Part shown: piece after piece, positions 9,465 to 18,820 of the stretch
How positions within the stretch are numbered: the first letter of the stretch is position 1
Layout: each line of letters begins with the position of its first letter
From: Aureliella sp.
GTDB taxonomy: Bacteria > Planctomycetota > Planctomycetia > Pirellulales > Pirellulaceae
Assembly (NCBI GenBank): GCA_963691875.1
Contig: OY829846.1
Span: 3,712,001-3,776,000 of the forward strand
DNA length: 64,000 bases
Reading direction: 5' to 3'
The notes under the pieces: model-generated
What the model was told of the DNA's origin: nothing
The model's database searches: none
Seen by the model: only the letters and a program-made list of their open reading frames with translations
Position numbers and translations under genes: made by a program

Positions 9465-11105
9465 TTATATTGCCGCACTCAATCGCTGGATCTCTTGGTT
9501 TAAGATACGGTCGTTGTCGGAATAGTCGACGGGTATGTCGATCAGGTGCACGCCTGGTTCGGCATGACACTCTGTCAATTTAGGCAGCAATTCGGCGGTT
9601 GACTCAATGCGATGCCCCTTCGCCCCGTAGCTGTCCGCGTACTTGACGAAGTCTGGATTGCCAAAGTCGAGGCCATAGTTCGGGAAGTTCATGTTGGCTT
9701 GCTTCCATTTGATCATCCCGTAAGCATCGTCGCGCAGAATCAGCACGACAATGTGTACTCCGAGCCGAACAGCTGTTTCAAGCTCTTGAGAGTTCATCAT
9801 GAAACCGCCGTCGCCGCAGATGGCAGTCACCGACTGGTCGGGATGAACCATCTTGGCTGCGATCGCCGACGGGAGACCAGCACCCATGGTGGCCAAGGCA
9901 TTATCAAGCAGCACTGTGTTGGGCGCATGAGCGCGATAATTACGCGCAAACCAGATCTTGTAGACACCATTGTCGAGAGCGAGGATGCCTGTGCCTTCTA
10001 CGGCTTTTCTTACATCTTTGACCAGTCTCTGAGGCAAAACTGGAAATCGATCATCGTCGCTGCCATCCAGTAGATGCGCGTCCATGTGTTTCTGGATTTC
10101 GCGGAAACGCGTGAAGTCCCAGTGCGGCTGCTTCTCGAGCGTTTCGTTCAGTTGCCAGATACTATTTGCGATATCGCCAATGACTTCTACTTGCGGAAAG
10201 TACACAGGATCGACGGCGGCACTAAAGAAGTTGACGTGTACGACCTTGACGCCATCGGCATGCATGAAGAAGGGAGGTTTCTCCACGACGTCGTGACCAA
10301 TATTGATGATGACATCGGCCGCTTCGATGGCGCGGTGCATGAAATCGCCTGATGACAAAGCCGCACAGCCGAGGAAAAGTGGGTGGGATTCGTCGAGAAC
10401 TCCCTTACCCATTTGCGTGCTGATGAAAGGAATCTCGTACTTGTCAACGAAGCTCCGCAGCATATTACAAGTCATCTTGCGATTTGCCCCAGCAGCTACG
10501 ATCAGCAATGGATGGTCTGCCTGCTGGATCAACTCCACCGCGGCTCGAATCGATTTCGCTTCAGAAGTTGGTCGACGCGTCAAACTGGCGGGAATCAGAG
10601 CTTCATCTGTATCTTCGGCAGCAACGTCTTCCGGCAATTCCAAATGAGTAGCGCCAGGTTTCTCTTCCTGTGCCAGTCGAAACGCTTCGCGAACGCGAGA
10701 GGGGATATTGGCAGCACCCACGATCTGACGAGTGTACTTAGTCAAAGGATCCATCATCGAAACGATATCGACAATCTGAAACTGACCTTGTTTGCTATGC
10801 TTGATCGGCTTCTGGCCAGTAATCATTAACATCGGCATACCTCCGAGTTGCGCATAGGACGCTGAAGTCACAAAGTTGGTGGCTCCTGGTCCAAGCGTCG
10901 AAAGGCACACTCCCGCTTTTCCAGTCAGTCGCCCGTAGGTAGCCGCCATGAAACCGGCAGCTTGTTCGATGCGCGTTAACACCAATTTGATGGAGGAGCG
11001 TGAGAGAGAGTCGAGGAAATCCAAGTTCTCCTCACCGGGGATACCGAATACGTACTCCACACCCTCGGCTTCCAACGCCTTGACGAACAGATCCGAAGCC
11101 TTCAT
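9465..11105 (-). CDS. ilvB: Acetolactate synthase large subunit (ThDP-dependent enzyme)
   Basis: Motifs FGIPGEEN, TLGPGATN and the ThDP motif GDGGFMM...DDAYGMI. Start set at MKASDLFVKAL. Confidence 0.9.
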   Translation of the reverse strand: MKASDLFVKALEAEGVEYVFGIPGEENLDFLDSLSRSSIKLVLTRIEQAAGFMAATYGRLTGKAGVCLSTLGPGATNFVTSASYAQLGGMPMLMITGQKPIKHSKQGQFQIVDIVSMMDPLTKYTRQIVGAANIPSRVREAFRLAQEEKPGATHLELPEDVAAEDTDEALIPASLTRRPTSEAKSIRAAVELIQQADHPLLIVAAGANRKMTCNMLRSFVDKYEIPFISTQMGKGVLDESHPLFLGCAALSSGDFMHRAIEAADVIINIGHDVVEKPPFFMHADGVKVVHVNFFSAAVDPVYFPQVEVIGDIANSIWQLNETLEKQPHWDFTRFREIQKHMDAHLLDGSDDDRFPVLPQRLVKDVRKAVEGTGILALDNGVYKIWFARNYRAHAPNTVLLDNALATMGAGLPSAIAAKMVHPDQSVTAICGDGGFMMNSQELETAVRLGVHIVVLILRDDAYGMIKWKQANMNFPNYGLDFGNPDFVKYADSYGAKGHRIESTAELLPKLTECHAEPGVHLIDIPVDYSDNDRILNQEIQRLSAAI

Positions 11106-11361
11106 CCCAGTTCCTTTTTCCTGTGGAAAATTCGAAAACCGACAAGTTTGCGGGCAGCGAAGCAACCTACCAGATTCACCGAGCTTCTGAAATCCGAGCC
11201 CTACAGTAGTCGCCGATCGGAGTGTGAAACTATTGAGGAAGCCAGTGGATCAGAAGTTCAGGAGCCTACAAAAGGAGGGCGATTCTGGCGGGGTAAAAAA
11301 AACGAGGGCGCACGTAAGACTCACTTTCAGGCAAGCTCTCGCGTCCACCGTCTGGGGCGAG

Positions 11362-12807
11362 TTATCGGTAGATCGGACGCGTGCCGAACGGCGGCGGGGA
11401 AACGTAGGCCTTGGGGCGGTCTTTGGAAGATGCTTGCCACTGAAGAACACGAGGAAGCACCTTCTGTGGTGGCTGGTTCCTGGCTGTACTGCGTACGCTA
11501 GCACGGAATAACGGTGGCGATGTTGTTGCGGCAGCCGTGCTTTTTGTGGATGAATCCTTTTGCTTCGGGATCGGAACCATTTCCGGTGTGCGGATCGGTT
11601 TTCCTCCAGTCGGTGCTAAGGCGAATTCCGTAGGCTGCTCGGCGCCGGCTAGCATCGGGATCTCAGTTCGTGGGGGGGCAGAGACGGCAGAAGTTGTCCC
11701 CTCGTTGTTCAAAAGGCGTCGCTTGTACCAACTTAGCTCTCCGTTGGCGTCTGCCCCAACAATCGGCTGGTTTTTCTTGCTAACAGCAAGAGAGACAGGG
11801 GCCGGATCTGTGTTGCCAATCGCGAACTTCACTTTGCCGTCTAGCTGGCGATCGCGAAACGAATTGGATGCGAGAACTGCAGGCGTCATCGACTGCGACA
11901 CATTTTGCAGTTTTGGTGAGTAAGCGAGCAGGTCACTTGGGCTGCCATCGATCAGCCAGTCATTCCAGAGCTTCTGAAACTGACCGATACTGCGGTAGTC
12001 GTAATGTCGCTTGAGAGCTTGAGTCCAATTACCACTCGACATTCCGCTCTCGAGAAACCGCACGAACTCTTGCGGGCTACTCTGGTCGATCAGGAACTGC
12101 ACGGCCGAGTGTCCTTGTGCATAGAGCGGCAGGATATCTTGCGGATACTCCTTGAGCGCGAACATGCGGTTGAAGGCGAGTCCACGTCCGGTTTCCAGGA
12201 ACTGTCTCAGATAGTGGCGATGCTTCTTCTTCTCGGACTCATGTTCGACTGTCGTGCAAGCGCCTTCGTCGGCCCAGCGGGGAACGAACTTTCCGCGCTG
12301 AGCGTACTTGGCGAAATGGCTAGCTAGGATCGTATGCGAGATTTCGTGTGGGAGCACGCTGTCCAAGATACGTTCTCGAGAGCCGTCGACGGCCATCTTC
12401 CAATTTCCGACACCCATGGCCGTCGGGCCAAATTCGGTGCGACCACTTGCGCCGAGATGTGGCGCCGCGGTAACATGCACTGGGCAGCGTTCAGACCAAG
12501 GCGGCAATTCCTTGCCGAGCCAATGGATAGCCAGCTCGCGGCGGAATTGTTCCGCGGCGTTCAAAACCTCTTGAGCTAGCTGAGGTGAAGCTGCAAAGAC
12601 GAGAAAGTTTTCGCCGTTTGCAACATACTGCGCTGGCTGAGGCCGGACGACGGGCATGTGCATGGGAACTTGCGCATATTGAGCTTGCAGTTTGGGACTG
12701 AGGGCGAGCGAAATAACCAACACGATGCTGGCTGGAAAGGGGAGTGGTCGTGGCTCAAGACGGCCACAGCGCAGGAAGTGCGCAAGGCGACTGGTACGAG
12801 CTTCCAT
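11362..12807 (-). CDS. Exported peptidase MA-like (HExxH) protein
   Basis: Signal-like segment, LPHEISH, and a third ligand in PRWADEG; low-complexity C-terminus. Confidence 0.7.
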   Translation of the reverse strand: MEARTSRLAHFLRCGRLEPRPLPFPASIVLVISLALSPKLQAQYAQVPMHMPVVRPQPAQYVANGENFLVFAASPQLAQEVLNAAEQFRRELAIHWLGKELPPWSERCPVHVTAAPHLGASGRTEFGPTAMGVGNWKMAVDGSRERILDSVLPHEISHTILASHFAKYAQRGKFVPRWADEGACTTVEHESEKKKHRHYLRQFLETGRGLAFNRMFALKEYPQDILPLYAQGHSAVQFLIDQSSPQEFVRFLESGMSSGNWTQALKRHYDYRSIGQFQKLWNDWLIDGSPSDLLAYSPKLQNVSQSMTPAVLASNSFRDRQLDGKVKFAIGNTDPAPVSLAVSKKNQPIVGADANGELSWYKRRLLNNEGTTSAVSAPPRTEIPMLAGAEQPTEFALAPTGGKPIRTPEMVPIPKQKDSSTKSTAAATTSPPLFRASVRSTARNQPPQKVLPRVLQWQASSKDRPKAYVSPPPFGTRPIYR

Positions 12808-13221
12808 GCTCGATGACTCCTTGAATGTCGATTCGGGTCTAACTCAGTGTTCGCCCATCCAACAGCAATCCTCCTGATTGCTAAATCTCGGATACGGAGT
12901 CGTAGATGAACCAACATTTAAAGGGAGGCAAAGTCTTCGCATCCCAACGATCTGGCGATTTCCACCGTCTGGGGCTTCGCTACTGAGCTTGGTGAGTCTA
13001 GGAAAAGAAACTAATCGCTCGAAAGGTCAATCCAACGCTAGCAGTTGGAAGCAGCAGTAATCTGGTGACACTGCCAATTCTCGCAATCGATAAAACCCGC
13101 ATCGACGCAATGATTGTTGTTTTTTCGCAACATCGCTATGCGACCAGGAGGAGTGCGTGATTTCAGCAGATGCTAGCTTTTGTCAGCTCTTTTAGCTGTG
13201 TTTTCCCGAAACCGAGATCCT

Positions 13222-14955
13222 ATGTCTACTCAAGCCAATCAAAGCTGGAATCAGTTTCTCCGATCAAATTTTCGCTTGGGCCGACTCACCAATCCTCGTT
13301 TGGCGGCCTGGATGTTGACTGCTCTCGGAGCCGGATTTCTGGCTTACGTCTCCCGCGTGCATGAGATCACGCACGACTTGTTTCACGAGATGTCGCTCTT
13401 TCGAGAAGCCTTGGTGCGAGGTGATTTTCCCGAGCAGGAAGTCTTCGCCTACACCGACACGGTCAATCCGTCCGTTCACCATGAGTGGGGTACCGGTGCG
13501 ATTGCCTACTTCGCCACGATTGGCTCCGGCTTTGGGCTTACAGGGCTGATTGCATTGAAACTAACGTTGATGGCCGCACTCTGGTTGATGCTTTATCGCG
13601 TCGCACGGCTTCGAGGAGCACACCCCTACATTTTCGCTTTGGTCGCCTTCTTCTGCTTTCCGGTTTTCTGGGTCGGCTTTGCTACCGTTCGCGCCCAGCT
13701 ATTCACGATGGTCGCCATAGCAGCACAACTATGGATGCAGGAACTCGACTGGCGTGGCAAACGAAGCTGGGTCTTTGCCTGGTTGTTGATGCTCGTTGCA
13801 TGGCTCAATATCCATGCAGGCTTCGTCGTCGGCCTAGGGATGATCGCCTTTCATAGCATCGAGAGGTTTGGATTCGCGTGGTGTGACTCACGATCGCTGA
13901 AAAAAACTTTTCTAGCTATTTGGCACTTGGTAGCTGCTGCACCGATAGCGGCAATTTGTTGTTTGATCAATCCATACGGATGGCAATATATACCTTATCT
14001 GATCCGCGCGATTTCGATGGAACGTCCGTTGATTCAAGAGTGGTTGCCGCTGTGGCACACCCATGATCCGGTCAACACGATTGCTCTGTTTGCGATCAGT
14101 TTGGCTTTGGTCTTTTACGCGATCCGTCACAATCCTTGGCGTCGCGTTCGAGGAGCCGCCTTCTTGTTCCTATCCGCCTACATGGCTTTGAAACACATTC
14201 GCCATGGCTCGATCTTTGGGGTGGTCTGGCTGGCTTATCTGCCGGCCTGGTTAAGTCGTACTGCAATGGGTAAGAACTTGGTTGCCTGGATCGATTCACA
14301 GCCTCGCCTGTTTACACGAGTCAGCCAAGGCCTAGTGGCGACCTCGATGGTTTTTGCTTGCTATCATCATTTCTGGCGTCCGACCCTACCGCCTCAGCCA
14401 CTTTACTCTTCGGCCAGCTATCCAAGTGATGCGATCAAATACTTGCGCGAGAGTCACTTCGAAGGTAACTTGATGACACCCTTCCACGTCGGGGCGTACG
14501 TTTCTTGGGAAATGTACCCCGAAGTTCGCGTTAGCTTTGATGGCCGCTACGAAGTGGCATACCAAGACCACATGATGGACGAGCATCAGTTGTTCTACGA
14601 TGGCAATGAAGGCTGGGAAAAGATTCCTGCGAACTATCCCGCTACCGATGCGATTCTGATTCACAAGCAGGCGAAGCTCTTCGAGCAGTTTGGCGCCGCT
14701 GACGATGACAATTCGCTGGGCGACACAGACCGGCGGCTAGCGTCAAAGCAACTCGTCAAAGAATGGCAGCGACAATGGCAAGTTCGTTACGAAGACGATG
14801 CCTTCATGCTACTGGCTCAGCCTGATTCCAGCTTGCCCAAAGTCGATCGTCGCGGCGAGCCGATTCTCGACGCTGCTGCACGGACATTCACGCAGCGCCA
14901 TTCGCACTGGAATCGCTGGGAACGAAACGAGTTGGCGTCACGTCCCACAGAGTAG
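13222..14955 (+). CDS. Polytopic membrane protein, GT-C-like glycosyltransferase candidate
   Basis: About 12 TM segments with HHEWG, RAQLFT, NIHAGF, INPYG, EWLP and FDGRYE. Confidence 0.6.
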   Translation: MSTQANQSWNQFLRSNFRLGRLTNPRLAAWMLTALGAGFLAYVSRVHEITHDLFHEMSLFREALVRGDFPEQEVFAYTDTVNPSVHHEWGTGAIAYFATIGSGFGLTGLIALKLTLMAALWLMLYRVARLRGAHPYIFALVAFFCFPVFWVGFATVRAQLFTMVAIAAQLWMQELDWRGKRSWVFAWLLMLVAWLNIHAGFVVGLGMIAFHSIERFGFAWCDSRSLKKTFLAIWHLVAAAPIAAICCLINPYGWQYIPYLIRAISMERPLIQEWLPLWHTHDPVNTIALFAISLALVFYAIRHNPWRRVRGAAFLFLSAYMALKHIRHGSIFGVVWLAYLPAWLSRTAMGKNLVAWIDSQPRLFTRVSQGLVATSMVFACYHHFWRPTLPPQPLYSSASYPSDAIKYLRESHFEGNLMTPFHVGAYVSWEMYPEVRVSFDGRYEVAYQDHMMDEHQLFYDGNEGWEKIPANYPATDAILIHKQAKLFEQFGAADDDNSLGDTDRRLASKQLVKEWQRQWQVRYEDDAFMLLAQPDSSLPKVDRRGEPILDAAARTFTQRHSHWNRWERNELASRPTE

Positions 14956-14987
14956 GGTTCGTAGCCCCACTTGCCTTGCTCCGAAGA

Positions 14988-15007
14988 GTGGGATTCGCCG
15001 GAATCCC
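14988..15007. repeat. REP-like palindrome copy 2
   Basis: GTGGGATTCGCCGGAATCCC, between convergent genes. Confidence 0.6.
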
Positions 15008-15032
15008 TCATCTCGAATTGATAAACTTCTGG

Positions 15033-16889
15033 CTAGCTCGCCTTATCCGCTGCTTCTTGGTGTTCTATACGTTTGCGATTGTAAGCGTCAATCGTATCTT
15101 TGTGCCGGATGACTCCGAGTACTCGCTGGGCGTTCCCTTCCTCGACAACAGGAAGTTCATCAACGTTCAGCGAAGTGAACTTGGACAAAGTCGTATTCAA
15201 GTCATCGCTGGGGGTAACGGTAACAACTTTGGTTGTCATCACGTCGCCGGCATTCGCGATCTCCCAGATCGTGTCATCGTAGAGATAAGACCGCACGTCC
15301 TCGGTCGAAAAGATGCCGACCATGTTCTTATTCTCATCGACAACCGGGAAATATCTCTGCGAAGTCTTGTCGAACAGATGCACGATCTCGTTAAGGCTAC
15401 GCCCCTCATGGACTAGCTGCAAATCATCGTCATCATGCTGGTACACGTCACCGACGGACATGCCTTCGAGGACATCGATGATAAAATCACCGCGGTGTGC
15501 GGGTGAATCCAAGCGGGTCGGGACTTGTTTCTCGTAGAGCGTCCACTTGCGCATCAACAGAAAGCACAGCGTCGAAACCCACATGGCTGGGAGAAGCAGG
15601 CTGTAGCTGCCCGTCATCTCGGTGACCATCAAGATCGTCGAGAAAGGAGCTCGAGCGCAACCAGCAAAGAAACCCGCCATCCCGACGACGGCGAAGGTCG
15701 CAGGTTGGGTAACAATCTGAGGCCACAGGGTACCCAACCATTTGCCGACCGCACCACCCATGCAACCGCCGATGACCATCGACGGACCAAAGACACCGCC
15801 AGAGCCTCCCGATGCAATAGTTAGTGACGTCGTGAAGATCTTCAGTAGTGCCACGATTAGCAAAGTTGAAATTGCAATGTCGCCTACGTTCGAAAAGGCT
15901 GACTGAAGCATTCCGTAGCCACCGCCCAGTGTCGCCAGCGATGATTCGTCCTTGCCCATCAGGTAGTAGACGCCGAGACCAACGATTCCTGCCAGCAAGC
16001 CACCAACCGCCGCTTTAACGAAGACGGGGACCTTGATTGCATCGAAGATCGCGTGCGTCCAAGAAAAAGTCTTGATGTAGAGCACTCCGGACAACACCAA
16101 CGTGATTGCAAGAATCGCATAAGGAATCAACTCGAGCGGTGTGTGAAACGCGAAGTCCAGCTCGTTGCCGAAAAGTGGCATGAAGCGGTATTCCGGCGGA
16201 AGCGAAAAACAGAACACCGAATAGGCCACGGTCGATGCAACTGCTGCAGGCATGATTACGTCGGCCTCGAACTCGGCGTCGCGGTACAAAATCTCACCAG
16301 CGAAAAGAGCACCCGCCAAAGGAGCCCGAAAGATGGCGCCTACACCTGCGCCCATTCCCGCAGCTAGTAGGATTCGTCGGTCGCGTGCCGAGAGCTTCAT
16401 CGCACTTGCCAGCACTGACCCAACACCAGCACCAATCTGAGCAATGGGTCCTTCGCGTCCAGCCGAACCTCCCGTCCCGAGTGTGATGGCCGAGGCAATG
16501 GTTTTGACGATCGGAGTTCGTAGGGAGATCTCGCCCCGCTTGTTGTGAAAGGCATCAATCGCTGCGTCGGTACCGTGGCCTGATGCCTCTGGAGCGAACT
16601 GCCAAGCCAGCCAACCTGCGATAAGTCCTCCGACTGTGAGCAGTAGCACCAAACGCAAAGGACTTAGTTCTGCATGCACTTCCGGAAAGGGTGAGTAGTC
16701 TGCTACGGCTTCGTGAGCGGGAAAACCGGCAACGAGTCCAAGCCCCAGATACTGGCAGAGCTGTACAACGGTCTGAAAAGCAATCGCTCCCAGGCCAGCC
16801 GCGATACCGATCAGCGCAGAAAGCACCAGCCACTTCCCAGCAGCGGGCATTTCCATTTCACGGACGAAAGAAAGAACTTTGCGATTCAC
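15033..16889 (-). CDS. ClC chloride channel/antiporter with a CBS-domain pair
   Basis: Motifs GHGTD, GSAGREGP, GGSGGVFGP and two C-terminal CBS domains. Confidence 0.92.
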   Translation of the reverse strand: MNRKVLSFVREMEMPAAGKWLVLSALIGIAAGLGAIAFQTVVQLCQYLGLGLVAGFPAHEAVADYSPFPEVHAELSPLRLVLLLTVGGLIAGWLAWQFAPEASGHGTDAAIDAFHNKRGEISLRTPIVKTIASAITLGTGGSAGREGPIAQIGAGVGSVLASAMKLSARDRRILLAAGMGAGVGAIFRAPLAGALFAGEILYRDAEFEADVIMPAAVASTVAYSVFCFSLPPEYRFMPLFGNELDFAFHTPLELIPYAILAITLVLSGVLYIKTFSWTHAIFDAIKVPVFVKAAVGGLLAGIVGLGVYYLMGKDESSLATLGGGYGMLQSAFSNVGDIAISTLLIVALLKIFTTSLTIASGGSGGVFGPSMVIGGCMGGAVGKWLGTLWPQIVTQPATFAVVGMAGFFAGCARAPFSTILMVTEMTGSYSLLLPAMWVSTLCFLLMRKWTLYEKQVPTRLDSPAHRGDFIIDVLEGMSVGDVYQHDDDDLQLVHEGRSLNEIVHLFDKTSQRYFPVVDENKNMVGIFSTEDVRSYLYDDTIWEIANAGDVMTTKVVTVTPSDDLNTTLSKFTSLNVDELPVVEEGNAQRVLGVIRHKDTIDAYNRKRIEHQEAADKAS

Positions 16890-17055
16890 AGTCGGCTTGC
16901 CACAAGGCCACGGTAGCAGTTCCTACCGCAGAATTTATCGAAGCTCCAATTCTAGTGCGAATCGACCCCTTGCCTAGCGCAACCGCTGTACCTGTTCCGA
17001 TCTGAAAAGAGCCACAGTAGAGTAGTAGCAAATGTGTGTTCGAATCAGTCGCTTG

Positions 17056-17877
17056 CTAAGAGATTTCTGTCAAAGCGGACTGCATGTTCTTCATACTTTG
17101 CTGGCAGATTTCCTCGATGCCCGGTGCATAGTCAAAAACTTCAACGCTGACCCAGCCCGGGTACTCCACATCCTTCAGTGCTTGAAAAATGGGCTCGAAT
17201 GGCACATCCCCCATTCCTGGTCCGAGCAGATTCGGATCGTTGGCGTGGAAATGGACCATATGCTCGGCGTTGGCCCGAATCACATTCGCTATGGGCTGTG
17301 GCTCCGTACTCATCGCCTTTACATCTAAATGCAACTTTACGTTGGGCGAAGCGAGCCGTTCAATAACCGCCACCGTTTGCGATGCTTCGTTCCAGTAGTT
17401 ACCTTCTCCGGGCCCGAGCGGTTCAAGAGCCAAGGTGACGTCGTGCTTTTCGAGGACTGGCACGACTTTTTCCAGTACAGTCAGAGCATTGTCATCGGCT
17501 TGTTCGTGTGTCATCGATTCGGGAAAATTTCGCTGATGCGGAGATCCCAGTACCATGACACTTCCGGTCAGATCTCGGCATAGGCGAACAAGATCACCCA
17601 GGTAAGCTGCCGTTCGCTCTCGGACACTGGCGTCGTCCGTAGTCAGATGAAAGCCTTCGGTCTTGGCAAGTAGCCAGTGCAAACCCACGACTTCGGTATC
17701 TGCCTTGCGAATCGTCTCGGCTAGCTCCTGTCGCTTCCTCGCCGAGACACCAGTTGGATCACCGCCAAGCGTGAAAGGAGCAATCTCCCAACCTGTGTAG
17801 CCGAGTTTGCTGGATAGTTCCAAGGACTTTTCCCAGGGCCAGTCCTGAAAGAGCTCATTGCAGATAGCGAATTTCAT
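17056..17877 (-). CDS. Sugar phosphate isomerase/epimerase (D-tagatose 3-epimerase-like)
   Basis: Metal ligands in LEPL, LHLDVKAM, HFHAND and SVEVF. Confidence 0.88.
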   Translation of the reverse strand: MKFAICNELFQDWPWEKSLELSSKLGYTGWEIAPFTLGGDPTGVSARKRQELAETIRKADTEVVGLHWLLAKTEGFHLTTDDASVRERTAAYLGDLVRLCRDLTGSVMVLGSPHQRNFPESMTHEQADDNALTVLEKVVPVLEKHDVTLALEPLGPGEGNYWNEASQTVAVIERLASPNVKLHLDVKAMSTEPQPIANVIRANAEHMVHFHANDPNLLGPGMGDVPFEPIFQALKDVEYPGWVSVEVFDYAPGIEEICQQSMKNMQSALTEIS

Positions 17878-18820
17878 ACTTGTTCCAAAAGTCGTTAGAT
17901 CTAGGGTCTGAGGTAGAGGTTCCGCATTATAACGCCACGTCGCTCACGGAATAATAATCACGACCAGCGAGAACTTGCGAGAGCGAAATCAATCAGCGCG
18001 GTAGCCTGATGAGACAAAACAACTCGGAGGCATGCTCCGGGATTCCTAGCCTCATCCACTACCTCGCTTGCATTACGGCCTCGCAATGCAGGCGGGCGAC
18101 TCCTTGGCAATCATCAACTGCTCTCCGCCGGCATCCCAGACTAGGCACAATTTGATACCATCTGTCGGACTGTGGCCGACCATCGAAGTGGAAAGCGGCG
18201 CGAAGAACTGCGATTCGATAGCTTGCTGCAGTAGACCCGCGTCAAGGTCACTTTGGAAACCGACTGTTGCCAAGTGCTCCACCCATTCGTCGCTCCAGCT
18301 AAGCTTGCGACTGCATCGGAACAATCCTCTGCGTCGGCATAGATCGCGCAGCTCTTTCTCGGTAATGGCCCGCCTGAATTCGGCAGACAGCGGCAAAAAG
18401 GCGATGATGTCATCCAGGCGTTTGAAGCCCCGCGCACAGCCCTGAAGTAGTCGACCTAATTGCCGTCTCCAAAACCGGCAGCCGTGTTACGGCGCGCGCC
18501 GTAAGTTTGAAATTGCGTTAACTTTCCCTTCCGTTTGCGGGCGAACTAAGCAAATTCAATTCTAGGCGTCGGTACCCGCGGCCGGAAGCGTTGAATCGGC
18601 CCCTCTCCGCTCGCCGACCAACTAAGCGTCGGTGCCCGTGGTGACTCTCCCCTGGAAGAATAAGGTGCATTTGACCTTCTTAGAGGCCCCCAACGACTGA
18701 CGACTTCGGGAACAAAGCTTGTAATCCCTACTGAGCTAATCAGAATGAACCTCGATTTGTGGCCTACACTTTTTTGGTAATTCAGCCCGTTTCACCGAGA
18801 ATCGACCATTGAGGAACCTC

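Noticed and set aside
16555..16600. ClC GHGTD motif as evidence of a fluoride-specific transporter
   Set aside because: It does not match the CLC-F signatures (GNNLI/GMGLI, GREGT, GEVTP).
18073..18445. Overlapping short ORFs in the 17.9-18.8 kb gap
   Set aside because: No recognisable motifs, RBS or convincing start; coding status cannot be supported.
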